Shown piece after piece: positions 44,701 to 52,948 of a stretch of 64,000 bases of DNA. How positions within the stretch are numbered: position 1 is the first letter of the stretch; every line of letters starts with the position of its first letter. The notes under the pieces were generated by a model. It was given only the letters and a program-made list of their open reading frames with translations, had not been told where the DNA came from and made no database searches. The stretch is from Pedosphaera sp. (GTDB taxonomy: Bacteria > Verrucomicrobiota > Verrucomicrobiia > Limisphaerales > DSYF01): the NCBI GenBank assembly GCA_017853715.1, contig JAFMIZ010000002.1, positions 20,128 through 84,127 on the forward strand, in the 5' to 3' direction. Both the position numbers and the translations under genes were made by a program.

Positions 44701-45826
44701 CACGGGCTTGCAGGAGGGTTATCACATCGTTCGCGCACGGGCTTTCCTGCCGCGCACCAACAAGTCGTCGGTGTTCAACACGTTTGCGCAGACGTTCTAT
44801 TATGACGCTGCGCCGCCGGCCGCGGCGGTTGCGCTGCCCAACACCAACAACGCCACCATCTTCAACGCGGTTTATCAGATCGCCGTCCGCACCGACGCCA
44901 CGGCCACAGGCGTCGAGATCAACATTGCCGACAGCATCGCTTCCAATGACGACGCGCAGACCGGCCTGAACAACGGCAACGGCAACACCAACGGCGTGCC
45001 GGTGTTCGTCGCCGCCACCGAAGTCACTCCCAATGCGACGCTGAATGTGCAGTTCCCGAACCTGCCGCGTGAATGGCGCTTCACGTATTACGGCGTGCCC
45101 AACAGCGGCACCGCCAACATCACCGCGCGCGTGAAGGAAGCGACGACGGCGGTCTATTCCAACCGCGTCACCACGGTGGTGCGCACGGTGAACACCGCCG
45201 CCCCCGCCCGCATCCTTTACATTTCGCAACCCGCCGCGAACGGCACCATCAACCTCGCCACGACGAACTCGACGGTGAATGTGTTCGTGTGCAACACCAC
45301 GGTGAACCCCGAGACGGCGCAGCTCACCAATTACACGCTCAAGGTGAACGGCGTGACCGTGAACAGCACCAACTTCATCTTCGGCACGAGTCCGACGTGC
45401 GGGCCGGGTTACAACTCGCTCTTCTATCGGTGGGGCAATATTCCAGCCGGCACGAACGTGCTTGAGGCCACGTTCAACGGCACGGTGGTGTTGAACGACA
45501 CGCGCACCGTGAACGCCGTGTATCCGCCCCCACCCACCCTGGACACGGATGGCGACGGCATGACGGATGCCGCCGAGGCCATCGCGGGCACCAACCCGAA
45601 CGATTCTGCCTCCGCGTTGCGCATCACAGGTCTGGAGGACGGCAGCCAGTTAGTCGTCTGGGACAGCGTCCCGGGCATCAACTATCAGGTCCTCGCCACG
45701 ACAAACTTTGCCCTGCCGCTCGAACCGGTCAGCCCGACCATCCAGGCCAGCGGTTCGACGACGTTCTACTACGACACCACACCCGCTGCGGATCAGAAGT
45801 ATTACCGCATCCAGGTGATGCCCTAG
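41780..45826 (+). CDS. secreted glycoside hydrolase family 13 (alpha-amylase family) multi-domain protein with C-terminal YYRIQVMP module
   Basis: 1348-aa ORF. GH13 regions: VYFDNIMNHRG (I), GFRLDAVKH (II), LFGEHLGE (III), FAQSHD (IV). A Ca-binding-like TLDTDGDGMTDAAEAIAGTNPND precedes the last 71 aa. Confidence 0.85.
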   Translation: MLSLKTFRRHRRSTSFIRTAGLFLMLIALLGGSRPAARAEAMLQLFNVNWDELTQKIPEIAEAGYTSLWLPPPAKAGSVFSVGYDLFDPFDLGDLNQRGTVRTRYGTKAELQQLVATAHRFGIRVYFDNIMNHRGFDVPRYTLSTPTNLYPGLTIEDFHVRRQADGTYRNWDPVNNYNSLFEVQNRPLFGLLDLANEPGSVNNNFGLNEGNTTNKVSFLRQPGFPHYYMDTNLPAINGPWRPFNSTNGDPVIEDLGSYLIRSAMWIMAETRCDGFRLDAVKHTPATFFGDTTATPFGYLGGIQTMFDHVHGYGTNTTGYGYEEGDDNRNSCFDTEAPRNDALLFGEHLGEPPSFQEYLDRGMRLLNTPYHFEFNNKFGNPGGTLAGLDQRDYEPYPSAFPGAQSVLFAQSHDDNISIRRELHNAYNFFREGLPSIYSDGYNESGAPDYFPKIASAPYLGQFGDPKMPELAYLHHQLSRGGTRPRWSDADIAAFERYDYRESGSAADQTVVLFAMNDNYGFPGDIAFVDGEGETFPAGVNKPPGTGGDAQGIAVSFPPGSVLVQLATSTPGYDRTYKKATVRPATNSRAAASGSGGSTVYVGGQTIPVGGGAIEILVPSGGYVAYGYQWPEASKANNRRDVIQFRQNGASPLRVTTCRRDGLNGDTNFLPAYPFKMRGSVDDQGNLITGVNVSNKTYAIDIPVLTNANFDIFFETDSSANNLLAKLDGGIDLNSHLNLGSTHLDKRDNRPGEATDVFLGYEQTAFVSRYGAEKFAAQVTNRNNTVSDGAETYHYTVGTTNTLIVNGTGNDWTLTVGTAAWATHNPGTTNGYVGAGGGTQRSPLNPTAGQAVDIHVRAGFQFQVSRCLVYYTTDGTNPEGAFGVGRGTTKVVSGSFVNDDAIDGNIDWWKATIPAVDNTGGAQIRYKIALFNDSIQPIGDNLDVKRFGRTTFAITNFNPTSATVWLHNNRNTNDVVTGLQEGYHIVRARAFLPRTNKSSVFNTFAQTFYYDAAPPAAAVALPNTNNATIFNAVYQIAVRTDATATGVEINIADSIASNDDAQTGLNNGNGNTNGVPVFVAATEVTPNATLNVQFPNLPREWRFTYYGVPNSGTANITARVKEATTAVYSNRVTTVVRTVNTAAPARILYISQPAANGTINLATTNSTVNVFVCNTTVNPETAQLTNYTLKVNGVTVNSTNFIFGTSPTCGPGYNSLFYRWGNIPAGTNVLEATFNGTVVLNDTRTVNAVYPPPPTLDTDGDGMTDAAEAIAGTNPNDSASALRITGLEDGSQLVVWDSVPGINYQVLATTNFALPLEPVSPTIQASGSTTFYYDTTPAADQKYYRIQVMP

Positions 45827-45844
45827 CGTTCTTCCCTTCCACCC

Positions 45845-46358
45845 ATGAAAGAGTTTTGGACCGCGCTTTTTGCGCTAGCAACGCTGACTGCCAGCGCCCA
45901 GCCCGTGCTCACCGTGAATGGCGTCAGCGCCAATTACACCACGACGCATCTCTTCATCGACGAGGTCAGCGACGTCACCTTCCCCACGCTCACCTGCGTG
46001 CTCGCGCCCAACGACGCAAACGTCGAGGTCGCGGACATCTTCTCAAATCTCAACAACCGCGATCGCGCGGTACATCCCACCGCCAAGCTCCGGATGCTCT
46101 TCGCCCCGGAAGCGCACGAACTGATTTGGCCTGCACGCATCGGCTCCATCACCAGCAGCAATGGCACGAACCAACTCACCGCCGTCAACCTCGCCATCGG
46201 ACGGAGCGGCGGGGTGCAATCCAGCAGCAGTCTCACAACTTGGACCAACGCGTACACCTACCCCCAGCACCAACACGACGCAAGTCATCCCAGTCCCCGG
46301 CGCCGGCCGGCTCCAGTTCTACCGCCTCCAATTCCCCTTCAACTGGGTCTGGCCTTAG
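45845..46358 (+). pseudogene. small secreted protein gene with an apparent +1 frameshift near 46245-46270
   Basis: The frame of 45845 gives a signal peptide (MKEFWTALFALATLTASAQP) and reads through ...SSSLTTWTNAY. The frame of 46161-46358 continues TPTPSTNTTQVIPVPGAGRLQFYRLQFPFNWVWP, which is the same [FY]YR-type C-terminal ending as the three neighbouring secreted proteins. A C5 run lies at 46259-46265. Confidence 0.5.
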
Positions 46359-46502
46359 TTTAAGGATCGCCGTGCTGGTTTGGTGGGCAGGCGGACCTTT
46401 CCCACGCCTTCGCATGAACATGCGAGCCAGGCCGTCGAATTTGGCATTGGCCAGCATTGTGTCCGCGTGCTTTATTGTGCCCATCAATCCAGCACGCAAC
46501 CT

Positions 46503-46655
46503 ATGTGGCAACTGTTCAAAGAGTTTCTGACCTTCCTCAAACAGGAGAAGAAATGGTGGCTGATCCCGCTGGTCATCATGTTGCTGGTCCTGGCGGCACT
46601 CATCGTCTTCAGCGGCGGGTCGGTGCTGGCGCCCTTGATGTATCCCTTCATGTAA
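46503..46655 (+). CDS. DUF5989 / SxtK-like small membrane protein
   Basis: I chose the ATG at 46503. MWQLFKEFLTFLKQEKKWWLIPLVIMLLVLAALIVFSGGSVLAPLMYPFM matches the roughly 50-aa family usually found directly upstream of NodU/CmcH-type carbamoyltransferases (from memory). Confidence 0.65.
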   Translation: MWQLFKEFLTFLKQEKKWWLIPLVIMLLVLAALIVFSGGSVLAPLMYPFM

Positions 46656-46658
46656 CCC

Positions 46659-48476
46659 GTGCGTCACCTGCTCGGCATCTCGGCCTATTACCACGACTCG
46701 GCAGCGGCGCTGTTGAGCGATGGTCGCATCGTCGCCGCCGCGCAGGAGGAACGCTTCAGCCGCCGCAAGAACGACGAGCGCTTCCCCAGGAACGCCTTGA
46801 CCTTCTGCCTGAAACAGGCCGGTCTGGACGTTTCCCAACTGGACGCGGTGGTCTTCTATGACAAGCCGATCATAAAGTTCACGCGGATGTTGGAGTCCTA
46901 CCTCGCCGTGGCGCCCGGCGGGTGGAGCACCTTTCCCCGAGTGCTGCCGACTTGGCTGGGTGAGAAGCTGAATCTGCGCGGCACCCTGCGCTACGAAATG
47001 CCCGGGTTGCGGGACGAATGCCCCATCCTGTTCACCGAACACCATCAGTCGCATGCGGCCAGCGCATTTTTCCCGTCGCCGTTTGAAGAGGCGGCCATCC
47101 TTACGGTGGACGGTGTGGGCGAATGGGCCACCACCACGGTGGGCATCGGACGAGGGAACGATCTCAAGATTCTGCGGGAACTGCGCTTTCCCCATTCGCT
47201 GGGCCTGCTCTACTCCGCGTTCACGGCCTACTGCGGGTTCCGAATCAATTCCGGCGAATACAAGCTCATGGGCCTCGCGCCCTACGGCGAACCGCGGTTC
47301 GTGGACACCATCTACAAGCATCTGGTCGAAGTGAAGGAGGACGGCTCGCTCAAGCTGAACCTCGAATACTTCTCGTTCCTGCGCGATCTGCGGATGACCA
47401 ACACCCAGTTCGATGCGTTGTTCGGCGGCCCGCCGCGTCCGCCCGAAACACCGGTCGAACAACGGCACATGGACGTCGCGCGTTCCATCCAAGTGGTGAC
47501 CGAGCAAATCATGCTCAAGCTGGCCCGGCATGCACGCGAACTCACCGGCCAACGCAACCTCTGCCTTGCCGGTGGCGTGGCGCTCAATTGTGTCGCCAAC
47601 GGAATCATCCAGCGCGAAAAGATCTTCGACCGGATCTGGATTCAACCCGCGGCCGGGGATGCCGGGGGTGCGCTCGGCGCTGCGCTCGCCGTCTGGCATC
47701 TGCGCAAGGATAACCCGCAGCCCCGCACCGTTCAGCAGCCTGACGCCATGCAGGGCGCGTTTCTCGGGCCGGAGTTTTCCGATGATGAAATCGAAGCGGT
47801 GTTGAAGCAACACGGCGCAGTCTATCAGCGGCTGACCGAGCCGGAACTGCTGACGCGCGTAACCGACCTGCTGGCAAATGAGAAAGTCGTGGGTTGGGTG
47901 CAGGGCCGGATGGAATTCGGCCCGCGGGCGCTGGGGCATCGCTCGATTCTCGGGGACCCACGCTCGCACCGGATGCAGTCGGTGTTGAACCTCAAAGTGA
48001 AGTTCCGTGAATCCTTCCGTCCGTTCGCACCGGCCGTGCTGGAGGAACGCGCGGCGGAGTTCTTCGAACTGGATTGCCCCTCGCCTTACATGTTGGTCGT
48101 GGCGCCGGTTCATCCCCGCCAGCGCATCGCGCAACACACGCCGGCCAACGGCTTGGAACGGCTGAAGCAAATCCGCTCGCGCATCCCAGCGGTGACGCAC
48201 GTTGATTACTCCGCCCGGGTGCAAACGATTTCCACCCGCCAGAACCCGCTATTTCACGCGTTGCTCCAGCGCTTTGAGCAAAAGACGGGCTGCCCGATGC
48301 TGGTGAACACCTCCTTCAACGTGCGCGGTGAACCCGTCGCTTGCACCCCCGACGACGCGTATCGCTGTTTCGTGAACACCGAGATGGACCACCTCGCCAT
48401 CGGCAACTTTCTCCTCGAGCGCACCGCGCAACCAGTGCAGGTCGTAAACCAATCCTTCCACCCCGTACCCGATTGA
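46659..48476 (+). CDS. carbamoyltransferase, NodU/CmcH family
   Basis: 605-aa ORF starting with a GTG. The N-terminus is MRHLLGISAYYHDSAAALL, followed by AAQEERFSRRKND, LAGGVALNCVANG, GPRALGHRSILGDP and VNTSFNVRGEP. Confidence 0.9.
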   Translation: MRHLLGISAYYHDSAAALLSDGRIVAAAQEERFSRRKNDERFPRNALTFCLKQAGLDVSQLDAVVFYDKPIIKFTRMLESYLAVAPGGWSTFPRVLPTWLGEKLNLRGTLRYEMPGLRDECPILFTEHHQSHAASAFFPSPFEEAAILTVDGVGEWATTTVGIGRGNDLKILRELRFPHSLGLLYSAFTAYCGFRINSGEYKLMGLAPYGEPRFVDTIYKHLVEVKEDGSLKLNLEYFSFLRDLRMTNTQFDALFGGPPRPPETPVEQRHMDVARSIQVVTEQIMLKLARHARELTGQRNLCLAGGVALNCVANGIIQREKIFDRIWIQPAAGDAGGALGAALAVWHLRKDNPQPRTVQQPDAMQGAFLGPEFSDDEIEAVLKQHGAVYQRLTEPELLTRVTDLLANEKVVGWVQGRMEFGPRALGHRSILGDPRSHRMQSVLNLKVKFRESFRPFAPAVLEERAAEFFELDCPSPYMLVVAPVHPRQRIAQHTPANGLERLKQIRSRIPAVTHVDYSARVQTISTRQNPLFHALLQRFEQKTGCPMLVNTSFNVRGEPVACTPDDAYRCFVNTEMDHLAIGNFLLERTAQPVQVVNQSFHPVPD

Positions 48477-48480
48477 TGCC

Positions 48481-48879
48481 ATGCTGCGACTGAAAGAAGA
48501 GCCCGGTGAGTGGCAAAAGTTCGTCGCCGTGATGGGCGCGACACCTACACTGATCGTGTGGCTGGCGTGGTGGCGCGGGAAGCTCTCCCTGCACCTGCCT
48601 GTCCTCGTCACCGCCGTGGTGCTGGCGGTGCTGGTCGTGTCGCTGATTCGGCCGCAATGGTTTCGTGGCTTCTATCGCATGGGGATGACGATCAGCTACC
48701 ACATCGGCCTCGTGTTCGGGAAGGTACTCTTGTTCCTCTTTTTCCTGTTCCTGGTGACACCGCTAGGCTGGCTGCTTCGACTGGCCGGCAAAGACTTGCT
48801 GCATATGAAGCGAACCTCAGCCGAACCGACTTGGTGGCGGGAGGCCCGCGACAACCGCGACTTTGACCGGATGTTCTGA
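48481..48879 (+). CDS. SxtJ-like membrane protein
   Basis: 132-aa ORF 4 nt after the carbamoyltransferase stop, with three hydrophobic segments. Position and size match the SxtJ-family partner of this triad (from memory). Confidence 0.6.
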   Translation: MLRLKEEPGEWQKFVAVMGATPTLIVWLAWWRGKLSLHLPVLVTAVVLAVLVVSLIRPQWFRGFYRMGMTISYHIGLVFGKVLLFLFFLFLVTPLGWLLRLAGKDLLHMKRTSAEPTWWREARDNRDFDRMF

Positions 48880-48959
48880 ACTTCGGGCAAGGCGCACAGG
48901 CGTTGTCCCGGCAACAAACCTGAATGTTCGGGGTTGCGCGGAGCGTCAGAAACCTCACG

Positions 48960-49646
48960 ATGAACGTTCTTATGAGAATAGCCCGTTTCACCCTGCTGCA
49001 AATGCCTCTGGCCTTGGTGGTCGCGATACTCAACCCGGTCACGTCGCACTCCGCCGACACTTCACCCGCCCAGCCACCCCTGTTCAGCGAGGACTTCTCT
49101 CAAACATCCGCCGGCCCCCTGCCCGATTCATTCATGGTCATTCAAGGTGAGTTTGAGGTGAAAGAGTCAGGCACGAACAGATTGCTCGAACTGCCCGGCG
49201 CCCCGCTAGACAGCCACTCGGTTCTCTTTGGCCCGGTTACGAATGCCAACGTGACGGCCGAGGCGCGGATACTCTCCCAACGCAAGGTACGGCGCATGCC
49301 CACCTTTGGCGTCGGATTGGGCGGCGTGGCGGGCTACAAGATTCAAGTGGCTCCGGCCAAGGATGCCATCGAGCTGTTGCTCGACACCCAAATAGTGACC
49401 AACGCGCCTTTCCAATGGAAATCAGGCACGTGGACGCATTGCCAGCTGCAGATTTCGCAGAAAGGCGAGAGAGCTTGGGCCATCAAAGCGCGGGCTTGGA
49501 GCGAGGGCGATTCTGCCCCGGCGGCCTGGCCCATTGAAATCCAAGCAACTGAACCGCCCATCGCGGGGCAAGCCTCGGTGTTGGGAAGTCCGTTCTCCGG
49601 CGAACCGATCCAATTCGATGACTTGCGAGTGAGCGGCGCGAAGTGA
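48960..49646 (+). CDS. secreted hypothetical protein, concanavalin/LamG-like (DUF1080-like?)
   Basis: I chose the ATG at 48960 (MNVLMRIARFTLLQMPLALVVAILNPVTSHSAD). The rest looks beta-rich and ends in PIQFDDLRVSGAK. The family assignment is weak. Confidence 0.5.
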   Translation: MNVLMRIARFTLLQMPLALVVAILNPVTSHSADTSPAQPPLFSEDFSQTSAGPLPDSFMVIQGEFEVKESGTNRLLELPGAPLDSHSVLFGPVTNANVTAEARILSQRKVRRMPTFGVGLGGVAGYKIQVAPAKDAIELLLDTQIVTNAPFQWKSGTWTHCQLQISQKGERAWAIKARAWSEGDSAPAAWPIEIQATEPPIAGQASVLGSPFSGEPIQFDDLRVSGAK

Positions 49647-49675
49647 GCAGGTGCTGCCCAGGCGAGGCAGCCTGG

Positions 49676-49861
49676 TCAGTCAAAGTCCGAACAACTCATG
49701 AAGTAATGACACTGCGGACAGCGCAGCTTGCACTTCTCGTTGTGCAGCTCATGCCCGCACCTCGGACACCAGCGCCAGTATTCGCCGGTGACATCCGCGT
49801 CAATCGGGCACGCTTCGGCCGGCTTGGATTCCGGAAAGGGTTCGCGCGGCTCGGCGTTCAC
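49676..49861 (-). CDS. 61-aa Cys-rich zinc-ribbon protein
   Basis: GTG start. WRWCPRCGHELHNEKCKLRCPQCHYFMSC carries two CxxC pairs plus additional Cys and His residues. Confidence 0.45.
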   Translation of the reverse strand: MNAEPREPFPESKPAEACPIDADVTGEYWRWCPRCGHELHNEKCKLRCPQCHYFMSCSDFD

Positions 49862-50091
49862 GCGGAAAACCTAACTTCTTCGCGTCCCCGCGCAAGTGGC
49901 GTATCATGGGAACCGGCGCGGAGATTGCGTTACCCCCCCAAGGTGAGCCCGAGGCGCCAATCATCGGACGGGAAAAGCTGCCTCAGAATCGATCCGTTCC
50001 GGACCAGGATTCCCGGAAATGCCCGCTGCAGTTGTCCATGGCCATGATTCCCGCGCCTTGCAGTTGGGAAATTATCTTGAAAAGCTGGCGC

Positions 50092-50943
50092 ATGATTGCG
50101 GACACCCAGCGACGTTGGCTAAAGCGACTCGCTAAACTCGCTGTGGTGTCCGTGGCCCTGTTGCTCATGCTGCGCTGGTTCGAACATAAACAAACCTACC
50201 ACCCGAGCCATTCGTTCCACCTCACCGGGGATGAACTCGGCCGGGCGTGGGAGGATGTTTACTTCTCCACCAGCGACGGCCTCCGCCTGAACGCCTGGTT
50301 CTTTCCGGCGAACGCCAATTCACCCCGGCGCCATCTCGCCGTGATCGTCTGCCACGGCAATGGCGGCAACATCAGTCATCGGCTCGGGCTGTATGACGCC
50401 CTGCTGCACGCGGGAGTGAACGTGCTCGCCTTTGACTATCGTGGCTACGGTCGCAGCCAAGGCCGGCCCAATGAAGAGGGAACCTACCGCGACGCACAGG
50501 CGGCGTTCGCTTGGCTGGGCCAACAGGGATATGCCGGCACCAACATCGTCGTTTACGGCGAATCGCTGGGAGGCGGCATCGCCAGCGAACTGGCCGTGCG
50601 AGAACCGGTCGGCGGGTTGATCCTGCAAAGCACCTTCACCAGCGTCACCGATCTCGGCGCGGAACTGTTCCCCCTTCTCCCCGTGCGCACCTTGGGCAGC
50701 ATCCGCTACGACACGCGCAGCAGGCTGCCAAACATCCGCGTGCCCGCCTTGATCTTGCACAGCCGGTCGGACCGCTTGATCCCTTTCCATCATGCGGAGC
50801 GCAACTTCGCGGTCGCCAATGAACCGAAGCGGCTGGTGGAGATCACGGGCGACCACAACGATGGCGTTGCGGAGACACCCGCATTCGCCCAAGCAATGGA
50901 AATTTACCTCGACGCGATGCGATCAAACGGAGCCGCCCGCTGA
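50092..50943 (+). CDS. alpha/beta hydrolase (membrane-anchored, S9/S33-like)
   Basis: I chose the ATG at 50092, giving an N-terminal TM segment ([15 protein letters not shown]). The oxyanion region is HGNGGN, the nucleophile elbow is YGESLGG, and the late Asp and His fall in SRSDRLIP and GDHND. Confidence 0.8.
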   Translation: MIADTQRRWLKRLAKLAVVSVALLLMLRWFEHKQTYHPSHSFHLTGDELGRAWEDVYFSTSDGLRLNAWFFPANANSPRRHLAVIVCHGNGGNISHRLGLYDALLHAGVNVLAFDYRGYGRSQGRPNEEGTYRDAQAAFAWLGQQGYAGTNIVVYGESLGGGIASELAVREPVGGLILQSTFTSVTDLGAELFPLLPVRTLGSIRYDTRSRLPNIRVPALILHSRSDRLIPFHHAERNFAVANEPKRLVEITGDHNDGVAETPAFAQAMEIYLDAMRSNGAAR

Positions 50944-52169
50944 TGACACCCTCCGCCAGCAGTTCACCCGGCCTGCCGCGGCTGAAGTTGACGCTAACAG
51001 CCACCGCTGAGTCCATCGTGCGAGGCGGTCATCCGTGGGTTTATTCCGACAGCATCCGCAGTCAGAATCGCGAAGGACAGGCCGGCGAAATGGCCGTGAT
51101 CTATGATCGCAAGGACTCCTTTCTCGCCGTGGGACTCTTCGACCCGGAGTCGCCGTTGAGGGTCCGCGTGTTGCATTGCGGCAGGCCGGCAACGCTCAAC
51201 GAAGCCTGGTGGCGGGCGCGCCTGGAGCAAGCTTTGGCGCACCGCGATGGTATCGCCGACCCGCAAACGAACGGCCTGCGGCTCATCAACGGCGAAAGCG
51301 ACGGCTGGCCCGGGTTGGTGCTCGACCGCTACGACGCCACGCTCGTGCTCAAGCTCTACACGGCCGCGTGGTTCCCGCGTCTTGCCGAGGTTCAACGTCG
51401 GATTCTTGAGGCGACCCATCCTGAGCGGCTGGTCTTGCGGTTGAGCCGCAACATTCAGGATGCGGCCGACGCTGCCGGGCTGAAAGACGGGCAGATCCTT
51501 CAAGGCCCGCCGCTGGAAGGCGTGGTGACATTCCTCGAGTCAGGCATCCGGTTTGAGGCCGACGTGCTTCGTGGACAGAAGACCGGATTCTTTCTGGACC
51601 AGCGGGAGAACCGGCGCCGCGTGGAATCCTTTTCGCTGGGGGCGGATGTTTTGAACGCGTTTAGTTTCTCGGGCGGCTTCTCACTGTATGCCGCGCGCGG
51701 CGGGGCGAAGTCCGTGACCGACCTCGACCTCAGTGCGCATGCCCTCGCCGCCGCCCAGCGGAACTTTCAACTCAACTTGGCCAGCCCCGTCGTTGCCGCA
51801 TGCCAGCACCAGACCCTCCAGACGGACGCGTTCAAATGGCTGGAGCAGGGACGACCCAACCAGTTCGATGTGGTGATCGTGGATCCGCCATCGCTGGCCA
51901 AGCGTGAGGCGGAGCGCAGCGGGGCAATCCAGGCCTACGGAAAGCTCAACACGAATGCACTGCGGCTGTTGCGCCCGCACGGCGTGCTGGTAGCAGCCTC
52001 CTGCTCCGCGCACGTGAGCGCCGAGGAATTCTTCGGCGCGGTGAGACAATCTGCAAGCCGGAGCAGCCGGCGGATTGAAGAACTTGGCACCACGCTCCAT
52101 GCGCCGGACCACCACGCCACCTTCCCGGAAGCGCAGTATCTGAAGTGCATTTACCTGCGCGTGCGCTGA
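50943..52169 (+). CDS. class I SAM-dependent rRNA methyltransferase, RlmI/RlmK-like (PUA + MTase)
   Basis: 408-aa ORF. Its ATG overlaps the upstream [44 protein letters not shown] and VIVDPPS are present. Confidence 0.8.
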   Translation: MTPSASSSPGLPRLKLTLTATAESIVRGGHPWVYSDSIRSQNREGQAGEMAVIYDRKDSFLAVGLFDPESPLRVRVLHCGRPATLNEAWWRARLEQALAHRDGIADPQTNGLRLINGESDGWPGLVLDRYDATLVLKLYTAAWFPRLAEVQRRILEATHPERLVLRLSRNIQDAADAAGLKDGQILQGPPLEGVVTFLESGIRFEADVLRGQKTGFFLDQRENRRRVESFSLGADVLNAFSFSGGFSLYAARGGAKSVTDLDLSAHALAAAQRNFQLNLASPVVAACQHQTLQTDAFKWLEQGRPNQFDVVIVDPPSLAKREAERSGAIQAYGKLNTNALRLLRPHGVLVAASCSAHVSAEEFFGAVRQSASRSSRRIEELGTTLHAPDHHATFPEAQYLKCIYLRVR

Positions 52170-52255
52170 TTTTATCCCCCTCGGAACCACAATCTTGCCC
52201 CCAATCGCCTGCCATCCCACAGCAGATCGAGATCATGAGCAAGAGGACCCGTCGC

Positions 52256-52945
52256 TCATCCCTTGTGCTTGGACAGTTCCCACACGATGTGAACACCGTG
52301 GGCAATGGCGAGGCCGAGGATGATGATTCCAGAGATGCGTTCCATCCGCAGCAGGCCCAACTGGCTGATGCGGCGATGACCAAGCGAAGAAAGCCAGCTC
52401 AACCCTGTGAACCATCCCCCGATGCTGAGCGCGACGCCCGCGATACAGATCAGCTTGCTGGGCCAGTCCGACATCACCCATTCGCGCGAGATGAAGGTCG
52501 CCGCGAGCACAATCCAACCCAGGAACACGCCGGGATTCGCCAACACGCGCACGAAGCCGATCCAAAACGCCGAGTGCGGATTGAGCCGTTCCTCGATGCG
52601 ATGCTCGAGCGCGTCGGCCTTGGCGGAAAGGTGCAAAGGCGCCTCCACTGATTTCGCCATGGTGAACTTGATGCCGATCACCAGCAGGAAAACGAAGCTG
52701 CACAATTCCATCACCGCTTTGACCAAGCCCCGCTGGAAGAACGACGCGAACCCCGTGAATGCAAAGAAGCAATAGATCACCTCCATCAGCGTAGCGCCCA
52801 GCCCGATGAGAAAGGGCCAGCGGAAACCGCGCTTCGCGCCCTCGTTGATGATGATGAGGTTGATGGGGCCAACCGGAATGCACAAGAGGAGGCCGCTGAT
52901 CAGCCCCGTTAGCCCGGCGATAAACAATGGGTGCAGTCCGTCCAT
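52256..52945 (-). CDS. LysE/RhtB-family amino-acid exporter
   Basis: 229-aa ORF. The N-terminal LCIPVGPINLIIINEGAKRGFR resembles the LysE signature, and about 6 TM segments are visible. Confidence 0.75.
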   Translation of the reverse strand: MDGLHPLFIAGLTGLISGLLLCIPVGPINLIIINEGAKRGFRWPFLIGLGATLMEVIYCFFAFTGFASFFQRGLVKAVMELCSFVFLLVIGIKFTMAKSVEAPLHLSAKADALEHRIEERLNPHSAFWIGFVRVLANPGVFLGWIVLAATFISREWVMSDWPSKLICIAGVALSIGGWFTGLSWLSSLGHRRISQLGLLRMERISGIIILGLAIAHGVHIVWELSKHKG

Positions 52946-52948
52946 CCG

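Noticed and set aside
46440-46465. Sigma-54-like promoter (tggcattggccagcatt) upstream of the SxtK-like gene
   Set aside because: The GG-to-GC spacing is 9 nt rather than 10, and the -12 element does not match TTGC.
46233-48224. 663-aa minus-strand ORF
   Set aside because: It is antisense to the carbamoyltransferase gene (clear NodU/CmcH motifs). It is Arg/Gly/His-rich and shows no family signature.
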